NCBI GenBank assembly: GCA_035642555.1
Contig: DASQSC010000246.1
Coordinates: 1-24,702, forward strand
Source of the DNA: Streptosporangiaceae bacterium
Lineage (GTDB): Bacteria; Actinomycetota; Actinomycetes; Streptosporangiales; Streptosporangiaceae
Reading direction: 5' to 3'
Length of the DNA stretch: 24,702 nt
The position numbers were made by a program, and so were the translations under genes. Every line of letters starts with the position of its first letter. Position 1 is the first letter of the stretch. Shown piece by piece: positions 7,445 through 16,579 of this stretch. The notes under the pieces are model-generated. The model made no database searches. It had not been told where the DNA came from and saw nothing but the letters and a program-made list of their open reading frames with translations.

Positions 7445-7475
7445 CGCCGGCATTTTCGCCGGCATTTTCGCCGGC
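7445..7475. repeat. 12-bp tandem repeat CGCCGGCATTTT x2.6
   Basis: Units at 7445-7456 and 7457-7468, with a partial unit at 7469-7475. Confidence 0.85.
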
Positions 7476-7550
7476 GGCTCTTCCGCATTGGTCGCGTTAC
7501 CGGTACTCAGGTATGTATCCGCCGACAATGCCGCCCCAGGAGGCCCGGCC

Positions 7551-8645
7551 ATGCCAGACACAATCCGCGCCGACATCATCGGCTCCCTGCTGCGCCCCCG
7601 CTACCTGTCGGAGGCGCGCGCCGCGCTGGCCGCGGGCAGGATCGCGCCGCACGAGTTCAAGCAGGTCGAGGACCGGGCGGTGGACCAGGCGATCGCCCTG
7701 CAGGAGGGGTGCGGACTGGACGTCATCAGCGACGGCGAGCTGCGCCGGTTCTCGTTCCTCGACCAGATACTGGGAGAGGTCGAAGGGGCCACCGAGCTGC
7801 CCGGCGCCGCCGTCACCTTCCACGGCCCGGGCGGGGATACCTGGGACTGGCATCCCCCGATCACCATCACCGGCAAGATCCGCGCCCGGCGGCAGCTGAC
7901 CATCGAGGAGTTCAGCTACGCGCGGGCACGGGCCCGGCGGCCGGTGAAGATCACGCTTCCCAGCCCGCTGGTCACGTACTCGGCGTGGTCGCCGGAGCAC
8001 TCCAGCGCCGCCTACCGCGACCCGTACGAGATGTTCGCCGACGCGGCCACGATCATCCGCGCCGAGGCGCGCGCGCTCGCCCAGCTGGGCTGCACCTACA
8101 TCCAGATCGACTCGCCCGACCTGGGCACCCTCGTCGACCCGGAGAACCGGTCGCTGCGCGAGTCGCTCGGCATGCCGACCGAGCGCACCCTGACCGAGGG
8201 CACCGACATCATCAACTCCGTCGCCGACGTGCCGGGCGTCACCTTCGGGCTGCACCTGTGCAAGGGCAACTACCAGAGCAAGTGGATCGCCACCGGCGGC
8301 TACGAGGAGATCGCCGGCAAGGTATTCAAGCGCCTCGGCAACTTCGACGTGTTCCTGCTCGAATACGACGACGAGCGCTCGGGCTCGTTCGAGCCGCTGG
8401 CCGACGTCCCGGACGACACGATGGTGGTGCTCGGCCTGATTTCCAGCAAGGTCGCCGACCTGGAGCCGCCGGAGGTGCTCACCGAGCGGGTCAATCAGGC
8501 CGCCCGGTACACCGGGCGGGACCGGCTGGGCCTGTCCACCCAGTGCGGCTTCTCCCCCGTGTCCATCGGCGGGAACCTCATCAGCGAGGACACCCAGCAG
8601 CGCAAGCTGGAACTGGTCGCCGAGGTCGCCCGCCAGCTCTGGTGA
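7551..8645 (+). CDS. Cobalamin-independent methionine synthase II family protein (catalytic domain only, 364 aa)
   Basis: SD AGGAGG (7538-7543) before ATG 7551. Motifs RADIIGSLLRP, QEGCGLDVISDGELRR and YIQIDSP, with Zn-ligand motifs GLHLCKGN, LEYD and STQCGF. Confidence 0.9.
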   Translation: MPDTIRADIIGSLLRPRYLSEARAALAAGRIAPHEFKQVEDRAVDQAIALQEGCGLDVISDGELRRFSFLDQILGEVEGATELPGAAVTFHGPGGDTWDWHPPITITGKIRARRQLTIEEFSYARARARRPVKITLPSPLVTYSAWSPEHSSAAYRDPYEMFADAATIIRAEARALAQLGCTYIQIDSPDLGTLVDPENRSLRESLGMPTERTLTEGTDIINSVADVPGVTFGLHLCKGNYQSKWIATGGYEEIAGKVFKRLGNFDVFLLEYDDERSGSFEPLADVPDDTMVVLGLISSKVADLEPPEVLTERVNQAARYTGRDRLGLSTQCGFSPVSIGGNLISEDTQQRKLELVAEVARQLW

Positions 8646-8652
8646 CCGGCGG

Positions 8653-9738
8653 TCACTGCGCTCGCAGTAAGCCCGCGCCGCACGGCGTGTCCCCGCCGGT
8701 ATAGGCGGCCCGCAGCTGCTGCTGCGCAGCGGGCCCGGCGCCGGTCCGGTCCAGGCCGAGCAGGGCGGCACCCGCGACCGGCGGGACGCCGGTGACCCGC
8801 ATCAGCGCCTGCGGCGCCTGCTCGCTCAGGCCGTCCGCGATCCCCGCGGTCAGCAGCGGGTCGCGGGCTGCCAGCAGGCCGCCGCCGAGCACCACCGGCG
8901 TGCCCGCCGCGTCGCTGAGGCCAAGCCGCCGCAGCGCGGTGACCACCATCGTGCAGACCTCGGCCGCCAGCTTGCGCACCAGGTCGCGTGCCACCTGATC
9001 GCCCTGGCCCGCCAGCTCGAGCACGACCGGGGCCAGCACCAGCAGGTCCCGGGCCTGGCTGAGGGCGCCGCGGTGGATGGCGATGGCGACGTCGGTCACG
9101 GTAGGGACCCCGAACTGGCTGGCCACGGCGGCGCGGAGGAGCGTTTCCGGGCCCCGCCCGTCCTCCGCCCGGATCGCGTGCCACAGCGCCGCCACGCCCA
9201 GGCTGTGCCCGCCGCCCCAGTCGCCGGTGATGTCCCCGAGCGAGAGGAACCGGGTGGTCCGCCCGTCGGGGGCGACGCCGACGCAGTTGATGCCCGCGCC
9301 GCAGGTGACCGCCACGCCCCCGGGCGCCGGCCCGTCGGCGCTGGTCAGGCCGGCCCGCAGCACCGCGAACGTGTCGTTGACGACCTCGGTGGTCCGGGCC
9401 CAGCCCTGTGCGCGCAGGGCCTCGGTCAGCCGTTCTTCCTCGTCCGGCAGGTCGGCGTTGGCCATGCAGGCCGCCAGGTGCCGGGCTGCCGGGAGGCCGG
9501 ACCGGCCCGCCTGGCGCTGCAGCCGCCCGATGGCGTCGGCCAGCACCCGCACCGACCCGGCCAGGTCGGCCGCCCCCTCGACCCCCGGTCCCCGGGTGGC
9601 TGCCAGTACCCTGCCGTCCGCCGCCACCAGCGCGACGTCGGTCTTGCTGTTGCCCGCATCCACCGCGACGACCGCGGGCAGGTCCGTGCTGACCCCGCCC
9701 CCAGCCGGGTTCGCGGCAGGCCCGCCCCCCATGCTCAT
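8653..9738 (-). CDS. BadF/BadG/BcrA/BcrD-type sugar kinase (GlcNAc/glucosamine kinase-like; CsnK-like by context)
   Basis: VAVDAGNSKTDVALV, VVNDTFAVLRAG, VTCGAGINCVG, GDWGGG, VVLGGG. ATG 9738 overlaps the GH4 stop (ATGA). Confidence 0.85.
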   Translation of the reverse strand: MSMGGGPAANPAGGGVSTDLPAVVAVDAGNSKTDVALVAADGRVLAATRGPGVEGAADLAGSVRVLADAIGRLQRQAGRSGLPAARHLAACMANADLPDEEERLTEALRAQGWARTTEVVNDTFAVLRAGLTSADGPAPGGVAVTCGAGINCVGVAPDGRTTRFLSLGDITGDWGGGHSLGVAALWHAIRAEDGRGPETLLRAAVASQFGVPTVTDVAIAIHRGALSQARDLLVLAPVVLELAGQGDQVARDLVRKLAAEVCTMVVTALRRLGLSDAAGTPVVLGGGLLAARDPLLTAGIADGLSEQAPQALMRVTGVPPVAGAALLGLDRTGAGPAAQQQLRAAYTGGDTPCGAGLLRAQ

Positions 9739-11009
9739 CGCTGACCCGGCCCCGCCGCCCACGGCAGATAGGCCTCGTTCTCGGCGATCAGCCGGTCGGC
9801 CATCCGCTGCGAAAGCTCGAACTGCCCGATCAGCGGGTGGGCGAGCAACGCGGCGGCCACCCGGTCCCGGCCCCCGTGCCGCGCCGCCGCGATGGCCAGC
9901 TCTTCGTAGGCGCTGACGTGGCCGATCAGGCTGCGCAGCAGCGGGCTGACCGGGGCGACCGGCACCGGGCTGCCGCCGTCGGCGCCGATCACCGCGGGCA
10001 CCTCGATCACCGCCTCGTCGGGCAGGAACGGCAGCGTGCCCCGGTTGCGCACGTTCACGACCTGCGTGTCCCGGCGGTCGCCGGCCAGCGACGCCAGCAG
10101 CGCGACCGCCGCCACCGAGTAGTACGCCCCGCCCCGCTCCGCCAGCAGGTCCGGCTTGCGGTCGAGCGACGGGTCAGCGTACATCCGCAGCAGCTCGGCC
10201 TCCAGCCGCGCCACCTCCTGCGCGCGGGTGGGGCGGCCCCGCTGCTGCGCCACCACCCGGTCATGCTCGTAGAAATAGTGCAGGTAGTAGGACGGGACCA
10301 GGCCGAGATCGGTCAGAACGGTGACGGGCAGGCCGGCGCGTTCCGCGAGCTGGGCGGCATGGCCGGCGAGGAGATCGGGCAGCCGGTCGGAGCCGTCCAC
10401 CAGCACGGCCCGCTCCCAGGTCAGGTGATTGAGCCCGACGTGGTCGAGGCTGACCTGCTCCGGCGCCACGCCGAGCAACCCGGCGAACATCCGCTGGCAG
10501 CCGATCGCCACGTTGCACAGGCCCACCGCCCGGTGGCCGGCGTCGAGCAGGGCCCTGGTGACGATCCCGACCGGGTTGGTGAAGTCGATGATCCAGGCCG
10601 ACGGGTCGGCCCGCTGCCGGGCCCGGTCCGCGATCTCGAGCACGACCGGGACCGTGCGCAGGGCCTTGGCCAGCCCGCCCGCCCCGGTGGTCTCCTGCCC
10701 GACGCAGCCGTACTCCAGCGGCCAGGTCTCATCCCGGTTCCTGGCCGCCTGGCCGCCGACCCGCAGCTGCAGCAGCACCGCGCCGGCGCCGTCAAGCCCG
10801 TCGTCCAGGCTGGTGGTCCAGCGGACCCGCACCGGGTGGCCGAGCGCCCGCATGATCCGGGCCGACACCGGGCCGACCGCCGCCAGCCGGGCCTGGTCCG
10901 GGTCCACCAGCACCAGCTCGGTGACCTTGACCTCCCCGGCCAGGGTGGCCATCCCGTCCACCAGCTCGGGGGTGTAGGTGGACCCGCCGCCGATCACCGC
11001 GACCTTCAT
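9735..11009 (-). CDS. Glycoside hydrolase family 4, 6-phospho-beta-glucosidase-like (CsnH-like by context)
   Basis: MKVAVIGGGSTYTPELVDG (NAD-binding), GQETTGAGGLAKALRTVP, DFTNPVGIVT, GLCNV (catalytic Cys), HVGLNHL. Confidence 0.93.
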   Translation of the reverse strand: MKVAVIGGGSTYTPELVDGMATLAGEVKVTELVLVDPDQARLAAVGPVSARIMRALGHPVRVRWTTSLDDGLDGAGAVLLQLRVGGQAARNRDETWPLEYGCVGQETTGAGGLAKALRTVPVVLEIADRARQRADPSAWIIDFTNPVGIVTRALLDAGHRAVGLCNVAIGCQRMFAGLLGVAPEQVSLDHVGLNHLTWERAVLVDGSDRLPDLLAGHAAQLAERAGLPVTVLTDLGLVPSYYLHYFYEHDRVVAQQRGRPTRAQEVARLEAELLRMYADPSLDRKPDLLAERGGAYYSVAAVALLASLAGDRRDTQVVNVRNRGTLPFLPDEAVIEVPAVIGADGGSPVPVAPVSPLLRSLIGHVSAYEELAIAAARHGGRDRVAAALLAHPLIGQFELSQRMADRLIAENEAYLPWAAGPGQR

Positions 11010-11039
11010 GAACAGGCTCCGTATCGCATCAGATATGCG

Positions 11040-12431
11040 TCAGTGCAGGTAGGCAAGGTGGGGGCCGTGCTGCGCACGGTAGGCGGCCAGCAGCTCCCTG
11101 GCCGCGGTCACGCCCGGCACCAGCGGGTGCAGCGCCAGCGCCAGCGCCGCCCGATCCGCGTCCCCGGTCATCGCGGCCTCCGCCAGCTCGCATTCGTACT
11201 CCTTCACCTGGCTGACCAGCGCCTGCGCGGGACGCGGGAGCTCGCCGGCGGCGAGCGGGCTCACGCCGCTGCCGTCCACCAGCGCGGGCACCTCGGCCAC
11301 GTCGCCGGGGCGGAGGAACGGCAGGCTGGTGCCGTTGACGGTGTTGACGATCACCCGGCCAGGGCGGCGGCCGGTCAGCCCATCGATCACCCGCAGCGCG
11401 ACGCCTTCGTAGCCGCCGGGCCGGGCGCCGCCCAGCTCGGCCGGGCCGGCCTGCATCCGGTCCGCCCGGGCCTGCTGCTGCCGGTTGTCGCCCTCGGTGT
11501 CGGTCCGCAGGTAGGTGTCGTGACGGACGCCCATCAGCATCGAATACGCGGCCCAGGCCTCGGCCAGCCCGCCACTGTCGAACGCCTTGGCGACCTGTGC
11601 CAGCAGTTCGGTGTTGAGGCGCTGCACGTCCGCGCCCCGGCTGGCGCCGGCCCGCCGGACCGCGGCCACGTACTGCCGGGGCTCGTAGTAGTAGTACACG
11701 TACTCGGTGGGGATCGCGCCGAGCCTGCGCACCAGCGCCGGGTCGAACATGGCGAAGCGGTGATCGAACCGCTGCAGTTCCGGATAGCGCGCCACCAGGG
11801 TGCCGATCTGCTCCTCGCCCCCGGCCCGGAACGAGGTGATCCAGCCCAGGTGGTTGAGGCCGCCGTAACCGAACCCGGCTTCGGCCAGATCGGCGCCCAG
11901 GAACGCCGCCAGCCGGTCCAGCGTGCCGCTCGGCGTGTCACAGACCCCGACCGCGCGCACGCTGCCGTGCCGGGAGATGGCCTCGGTGATCAGGCCGGCC
12001 GGGTTGGTGAAGTTGATCAGCACCGCACCGGGCGAGCACCGCCGGAGGATCTCGCAGTACGACAGCACCACCGGGATCGTCCGCAGCGCCATCGCGCAGC
12101 CGCCGGGCCCGGTGGTCTCCTGCCCCACCAGCCCGTGCCTCAGCGCCACCTCCTCGTCGATGACCCGCCCGGCGTCCCCGCCCACCCGGATCGCCGAGAA
12201 CACGAAGTCGGCGCCGGTGAAGGCCGCCTCCGCGTCCGGGGTCACCTCGACCACGCCGGGGTGGCCGAGCGCGGCCGCCAGCCCGGCGGCCAGCCGCCCG
12301 ATCGTGTCGCGCCGCTGCTGGTCCGGCTCGAACAGCGAGATCGTGTCGAAGCCGGCCTCCGGCTGGGACAGGACCCCCCGCACGAACGCGGGCATCCGCA
12401 CCCCGCCGCCGCCGAGAACCGCGAGCTTCAC
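11040..12431 (-). CDS. Glycoside hydrolase family 4, second divergent paralogue
   Basis: MKLAVLGGGGVRMP, FVFSAIRVGG, GQETTGPGGCAMALRTIP, NFTNPAGLIT, GVCDTP, GGLNHLGW, GYEGVAL. Confidence 0.9.
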   Translation of the reverse strand: MKLAVLGGGGVRMPAFVRGVLSQPEAGFDTISLFEPDQQRRDTIGRLAAGLAAALGHPGVVEVTPDAEAAFTGADFVFSAIRVGGDAGRVIDEEVALRHGLVGQETTGPGGCAMALRTIPVVLSYCEILRRCSPGAVLINFTNPAGLITEAISRHGSVRAVGVCDTPSGTLDRLAAFLGADLAEAGFGYGGLNHLGWITSFRAGGEEQIGTLVARYPELQRFDHRFAMFDPALVRRLGAIPTEYVYYYYEPRQYVAAVRRAGASRGADVQRLNTELLAQVAKAFDSGGLAEAWAAYSMLMGVRHDTYLRTDTEGDNRQQQARADRMQAGPAELGGARPGGYEGVALRVIDGLTGRRPGRVIVNTVNGTSLPFLRPGDVAEVPALVDGSGVSPLAAGELPRPAQALVSQVKEYECELAEAAMTGDADRAALALALHPLVPGVTAARELLAAYRAQHGPHLAYLH

Positions 12432-13483
12432 CCGTGTGCATCCCCTTCCCGCGCCGCTTCCCGGGCGGCACCGGCCGCCGCTTCTCGTGCCGCCTCCCCG
12501 AGCACGGCCGCCACCAGCGGCGCGGCCGCGCTCAGCCCTTCCACCTGGACCTCCCCCACCGCGCCCAGCTTGCTGACGGTCTGCGAGCCTGCCTCGTTCC
12601 CGGCCACCGCTGCCTCGGTGATCGACGCGCCCTGGGACAGCGCCCCGATCAGCGCCCCGGCGAAGGCGTCGCCCGCGCCGGTCCGGTCCCTGACCTCGAC
12701 CTGCCGGATGCCGTCGGTCACCTCGGTCCGGCCCGCCCGGTCGGCGACCACGGCGCCGTCGGCGCCCCGTTTCAGCACCACCCAGCGGCTCCAGCCGACC
12801 GCCTCGTCGAGCGCCGCCGCGACCGACCCGGCCCGGGTGAGCCGCAGCAGCTCGTCGGCGTTGGGCAGGAACACATCCGCCCGGCGGGCACAGCTCACGA
12901 CCGCTTCCGGGTGGCTGGCGATGTCATTGAGCGCGACATCGAGGGCGACCCGGACACCGAGCGCCCGGGCCTCGTCCAGCAGCCCTATCACACATGGTTC
13001 TGCGTGCAGGTAGCACCAGGCCGGGCGGTACCGGCGCAGGACCTCCAGCCAGTGGTCGGCGTCCGGGCACTCCTCCTGCGGGCGGGGCGGGACGTAGGAG
13101 ACGAACGCGCGGTCGCCGTCGAAGTTCAGCACCACCGTGATGCCGGCCACCCGCCCCGGCACGTACCGCGACGCGGACAAGTCGACCCCCGACCGCTGAC
13201 AGTGCTCCTGCACCACCCGGGTGCCGAGGTCGTCGCCCAGCCGCGCCGACAGGCCCGCGCGCATTCCCAGCCCGCTCGCGGCCGTGGCGACCGTGACCCC
13301 GCCGCCGCCGCAGGAGACGGCGAACTCGTCGGCGAACACCTCCTCGCCCGGGCCCGGCAGCGGCACGTGGCCGAAGACGACTTCCAGGAACACGGTGCCG
13401 AACGCGACCAGGTCCAGCGCCGGCGTCGTACCCGGGGCCGACGCCGCAGCCCGGGCGGGCGCCACGTCCTGGGCCCGCGTCAC
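12428..13483 (-). CDS. PfkB-family carbohydrate kinase
   Basis: C-terminal PfkB signature DRTGAGDAFAGALI; FLPNADEL; VVLKRGADGA; N-terminal GGGGVTVATAASGLG. GTG 13483 overlaps the upstream stop (GTGA). Confidence 0.9.
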   Translation of the reverse strand: MTRAQDVAPARAAASAPGTTPALDLVAFGTVFLEVVFGHVPLPGPGEEVFADEFAVSCGGGGVTVATAASGLGMRAGLSARLGDDLGTRVVQEHCQRSGVDLSASRYVPGRVAGITVVLNFDGDRAFVSYVPPRPQEECPDADHWLEVLRRYRPAWCYLHAEPCVIGLLDEARALGVRVALDVALNDIASHPEAVVSCARRADVFLPNADELLRLTRAGSVAAALDEAVGWSRWVVLKRGADGAVVADRAGRTEVTDGIRQVEVRDRTGAGDAFAGALIGALSQGASITEAAVAGNEAGSQTVSKLGAVGEVQVEGLSAAAPLVAAVLGEAAREAAAGAAREAAREGDAHG

Positions 13484-14520
13484 CGGAACGCCTCCGTGGC
13501 CGCGTCGGCCCGCGCCACATGGCACGCGACGCTGCGCCCGGGCAGCAACGGCCGCAGCGGCGGGGTGACGCGGTGGCACTCGTCGACCGCGAGCGGGCAG
13601 CGCCAGCGGAACCGGCAGCCCGGGACCGGGTCGATCACCCTGGGCGGCTCGCCGCGGTCGGTCTCCGCCCCCACCGCGAGCGCGGCCCGCGGGTCGGGCA
13701 CCGCCGACAGCAGCAGCTGGGTGTAGGGGTGCCGCGGGCTGGCGAGCACCTCCTCGGCCGGCCCTGACTCCGCGATCTGGCCCGCGTACATGACGATCAG
13801 CCGGTCGGCCACGTACCGCGCGCTGGCGATGTCATGGGTGATGTAGAGGACCGAGACGCCTCCCTCGTCGCGCAGCCCGGCCATCAGGTTGAGCAGGCCG
13901 ATCCGGATCGAGACGTCCAGCATCGAGACCGGCTCGTCGGCCAGGATCAGCTTCGGCCGCATCGCCAGCGCCTGCGCGAACCCGACCCGCTGCCGCTGCC
14001 CGCCGCTCAGCTCGTGCGGGAACCGCTGCAGCACGTCGGCGGCGGGAGTCAGCCCGACGGCGGTGAAGACACGCTCCGCCTCCTCCTGCCGCTGCTGCCC
14101 GGACAGCTCGGGCCGGTGCAGCGCGAGGCTGCGCATGACCCCGTGCGAGACCCGGAACACCGGGTTGATCGAGCTGAATGGGTCCTGGAAGACCATCGGC
14201 ACGTCGCTGCGGTACCGCAGCGCGGCGGACCGCGAGCGCAGCCCCGACAGCCGCTTGCCCTGGAAGTAGATCTCCCCGCTGGTCGGCTTGTAGATCCTGG
14301 CCAGCAGCCGGGCGATGGTCGACTTGCCGCTGCCGCTCTCGCCGACCAGTGCCACGATCTCGCGCTCGCCGATGGCCAGGTCCACGTCGTCGACCGCGTG
14401 CAGCGTGCGCCGGGACAGCGCGTTGCCGATCTTGAAGTGCCTGGTCAGCTTCTCGGTCGCCAGCAGCGGCGGGGTGCCGTCCGCCGGTGCCGCGGGCTGG
14501 CGGTCAGTCAGCTCAGTCAT
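13480..14520 (-). CDS. ABC transporter ATP-binding subunit, OppF/DppF-like
   Basis: Walker A GESGSGKST, Q-loop VFQDP, signature LSGGQRQR, Walker B ILADEP, H-loop ITHD, C-terminal GCRFRWRCP. Confidence 0.95.
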   Translation of the reverse strand: MTELTDRQPAAPADGTPPLLATEKLTRHFKIGNALSRRTLHAVDDVDLAIGEREIVALVGESGSGKSTIARLLARIYKPTSGEIYFQGKRLSGLRSRSAALRYRSDVPMVFQDPFSSINPVFRVSHGVMRSLALHRPELSGQQRQEEAERVFTAVGLTPAADVLQRFPHELSGGQRQRVGFAQALAMRPKLILADEPVSMLDVSIRIGLLNLMAGLRDEGGVSVLYITHDIASARYVADRLIVMYAGQIAESGPAEEVLASPRHPYTQLLLSAVPDPRAALAVGAETDRGEPPRVIDPVPGCRFRWRCPLAVDECHRVTPPLRPLLPGRSVACHVARADAATEAFR

Positions 14521-15538
14521 GCCGGGCCGCCTCCTCCTGCAGGAAGCACCGCACCAGCGTCCCGTCCACCTCGTACAGGCCCGGCGGCTCCGCCCGGCAG
14601 CGGGGCATCACCTGGGGGCACCGGTCGGCGAACCGGCAGCCCTCCGGGAGCAGGGCCAGGTTGGGCGGACTGCCCGGGATGCCGGTCAGCGGCACCCGCG
14701 GGCCCCGGATGGACGGGAACGCCTCCATCAGGCCCGCGGTGTAGGGGTGCAGCGGCGTGTCGAACACCCGCCGGGTGGGGCCGGACTCGGCCACCTGCCC
14801 GGCGTACATCACCAGCAGCCGGTCGGAGAAGTGGCTGACCAGCGACATGTCGTGGGTGACGAAGATGACCGCGAACCCGAGCTGCTGCTGCAGCTCCTTG
14901 ATCTGGACCATCAGCGATCGCTGCGCGACGACGTCGAGCGCGGACGTGGGCTCGTCCATGATCACCAGGTCCGGGGTGAACAGCAGCGCCATCGCGATCA
15001 TCGAGCGCTGCCGCATGCCCCCGGACAGCTGATGCGGGTAGCTGTGCAGGTGCACCGGGTCGATCCCGACCATCCGCAGCACCTCGGCCGACCGGCCGGC
15101 GATCTGCTCCTTCGAGGCCACGCCGTGCGCCCGCAGCGCGTCGGCGAACTGCGCCCCGATCGGCTTGACCGGGTTGAGCGCGTTCATCGCGCTCTGCATC
15201 ACCACCGACAGGTCCTTCCACCGGACCGCCGCCAGCTCCCGGTCGGTGAGCCCGACCATGCTGCGCCCCCGGAACTGCACGCTGCCGCCGCTGACCACGG
15301 CGGGCGGGGTGAGCAGCCCGGCGATCGCGAACAGCAGCGTGGATTTGCCGCAGCCGGACTCGCCCACGATCCCCAGGAACTCGCCCGGGCCGACCTCGAA
15401 GCTGACCCGGTCGACCGCGAGCACCGTCCCGCGCTCCATCACGTACTCGGCCGACAGGTCGCGGACGCCGAGGATGGCATCGGCGGGCCCCGGCGCCGGG
15501 GCGACGCCGGGAGCGCCGTCACTGAGTGGTCTTGACAC
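14513..15538 (-). CDS. ABC transporter ATP-binding subunit, OppD/DppD-like
   Basis: GESGCGKST, VMQSAMNALNP, LSGGMRQR, IMDEPTSALD, VTHD, GCRFADRCP. Start taken as GTG 15538 (approximate). Confidence 0.93.
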   Translation of the reverse strand: MSRPLSDGAPGVAPAPGPADAILGVRDLSAEYVMERGTVLAVDRVSFEVGPGEFLGIVGESGCGKSTLLFAIAGLLTPPAVVSGGSVQFRGRSMVGLTDRELAAVRWKDLSVVMQSAMNALNPVKPIGAQFADALRAHGVASKEQIAGRSAEVLRMVGIDPVHLHSYPHQLSGGMRQRSMIAMALLFTPDLVIMDEPTSALDVVAQRSLMVQIKELQQQLGFAVIFVTHDMSLVSHFSDRLLVMYAGQVAESGPTRRVFDTPLHPYTAGLMEAFPSIRGPRVPLTGIPGSPPNLALLPEGCRFADRCPQVMPRCRAEPPGLYEVDGTLVRCFLQEEAARHD

Positions 15539-16577
15539 TGATCCTCCGGCGCGCCGACTCTGGCCGGCCCCGCCCGCCCCGCGCCCGCATGCTGCGGACC
15601 GGCCGGAGCGCCGGGTTGCCGATCTCATCGAACGCGTAGTTGAGCAGCGCGAACGCCGCGCCCAGGGCGACGATGCACAAGCCGGGCGCGATGATCCACA
15701 AGGGCGCGACCTGGAAAGCCTCGTTGTTCTCGGCCCAGTACAGCATCGTCCCCCAGCTGGTCACGTTCGGGTTCCCGAGCCCGATGAACTGCAGGCCGGA
15801 GGAGAACAGCACCGCATACAGCGCGTTGGTCAGGAAGCTGGCAACGAGCAGCGACGTCATCGTGGGGATGATCTCCACGATGATGATGTAGAGCCTGCGC
15901 TCCCCCCGGACCCGCGCGGCCTCCAGGAAGTCCCGGTTGCGCAGCGACAGCGCCTGCGCCCGGAGCTGGCGGGCGGTGTAGGACCAGCCGGTCAGCGTGA
16001 TGACCGCGATCATCACCCCGGTACCGGCGCCGTGCAGGTAGCTGCCGATGATGATCAGCAACGGGAACAGCGGGATGACCAGGAGCACGTCCGTGAGGAC
16101 GCCGAGCACGCCGTCCCAGGCACCGCCGAGATAGGCGGCGGCCACGCCGATCAGCATCGCGACCAGGGTGGCGCCGAGGCCAACCCCGAACGCGATCAGC
16201 AGTACCGGCCGGGCGCCATACACGAGCTGGGCAAACATGTCCTGGCCGAGGGCGGTCGTGCCGAGCAGATGCGCCGGGGACACCCCCAGCAGCCGGTGGT
16301 AGACCTGGGCGTTCGGGTCGTCGTGTGCGATGACCCCCGGGAATGCCGCCACCAGGCAGAACAACACCAGCAGCACGACGCCGGTGGTCGCCTTGCGGCT
16401 GGCGGTGACGGCGCGGGCCATCCGCCGCAGCGACCTGGCGCCGGTGATCTGGCCGCCGGTGGCGGGCAGTCCGCCCATCGCCGGCGGGGCCCCGGCTGAC
16501 GGCGGGGCGGGACCGGTCAGCGAGCCGGGCTGGCCGCCGGGCTCCCCCGGCCCGCTGGGTGCGCGAAGGGTGGCCAC
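15519..16577 (-). CDS. ABC transporter permease, OppC/DppC-like
   Basis: HLLGTTALGQDMFAQLVYGAR, EAA motif FLEAARVRGE, SFIGLG-like QFIGLG, WGTML, multiple TM segments. Confidence 0.93.
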   Translation of the reverse strand: MATLRAPSGPGEPGGQPGSLTGPAPPSAGAPPAMGGLPATGGQITGARSLRRMARAVTASRKATTGVVLLVLFCLVAAFPGVIAHDDPNAQVYHRLLGVSPAHLLGTTALGQDMFAQLVYGARPVLLIAFGVGLGATLVAMLIGVAAAYLGGAWDGVLGVLTDVLLVIPLFPLLIIIGSYLHGAGTGVMIAVITLTGWSYTARQLRAQALSLRNRDFLEAARVRGERRLYIIIVEIIPTMTSLLVASFLTNALYAVLFSSGLQFIGLGNPNVTSWGTMLYWAENNEAFQVAPLWIIAPGLCIVALGAAFALLNYAFDEIGNPALRPVRSMRARGGRGRPESARRRISVKTTQ

Positions 16578-16579
16578 CG

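Noticed and set aside
7509-7521. Degenerate second copy of the ROK operator (AGGTATGTATCCG) upstream of the MetE-like gene
   Set aside because: Only 9/13 match to the core, dyad symmetry is broken, and the flanking TTA/TAA are missing. Compatible with chance.
7242-7550. SAM or cobalamin riboswitch upstream of the methionine synthase II family gene
   Set aside because: No recognisable conserved riboswitch core was seen by eye, only short alternative 6-bp dyads at 7320-7346. An Infernal/Rfam scan would be decisive.
9837-13013. 1058-aa plus-strand ORF and other long antisense/alternate-frame ORFs (e.g. 7304..8704, 15165..16499, 17679..18881, 21394..22998)
   Set aside because: They are shadow ORFs overlapping well-supported genes, are Arg/Gly/Pro-rich, show no motifs, and are expected in high-GC DNA.
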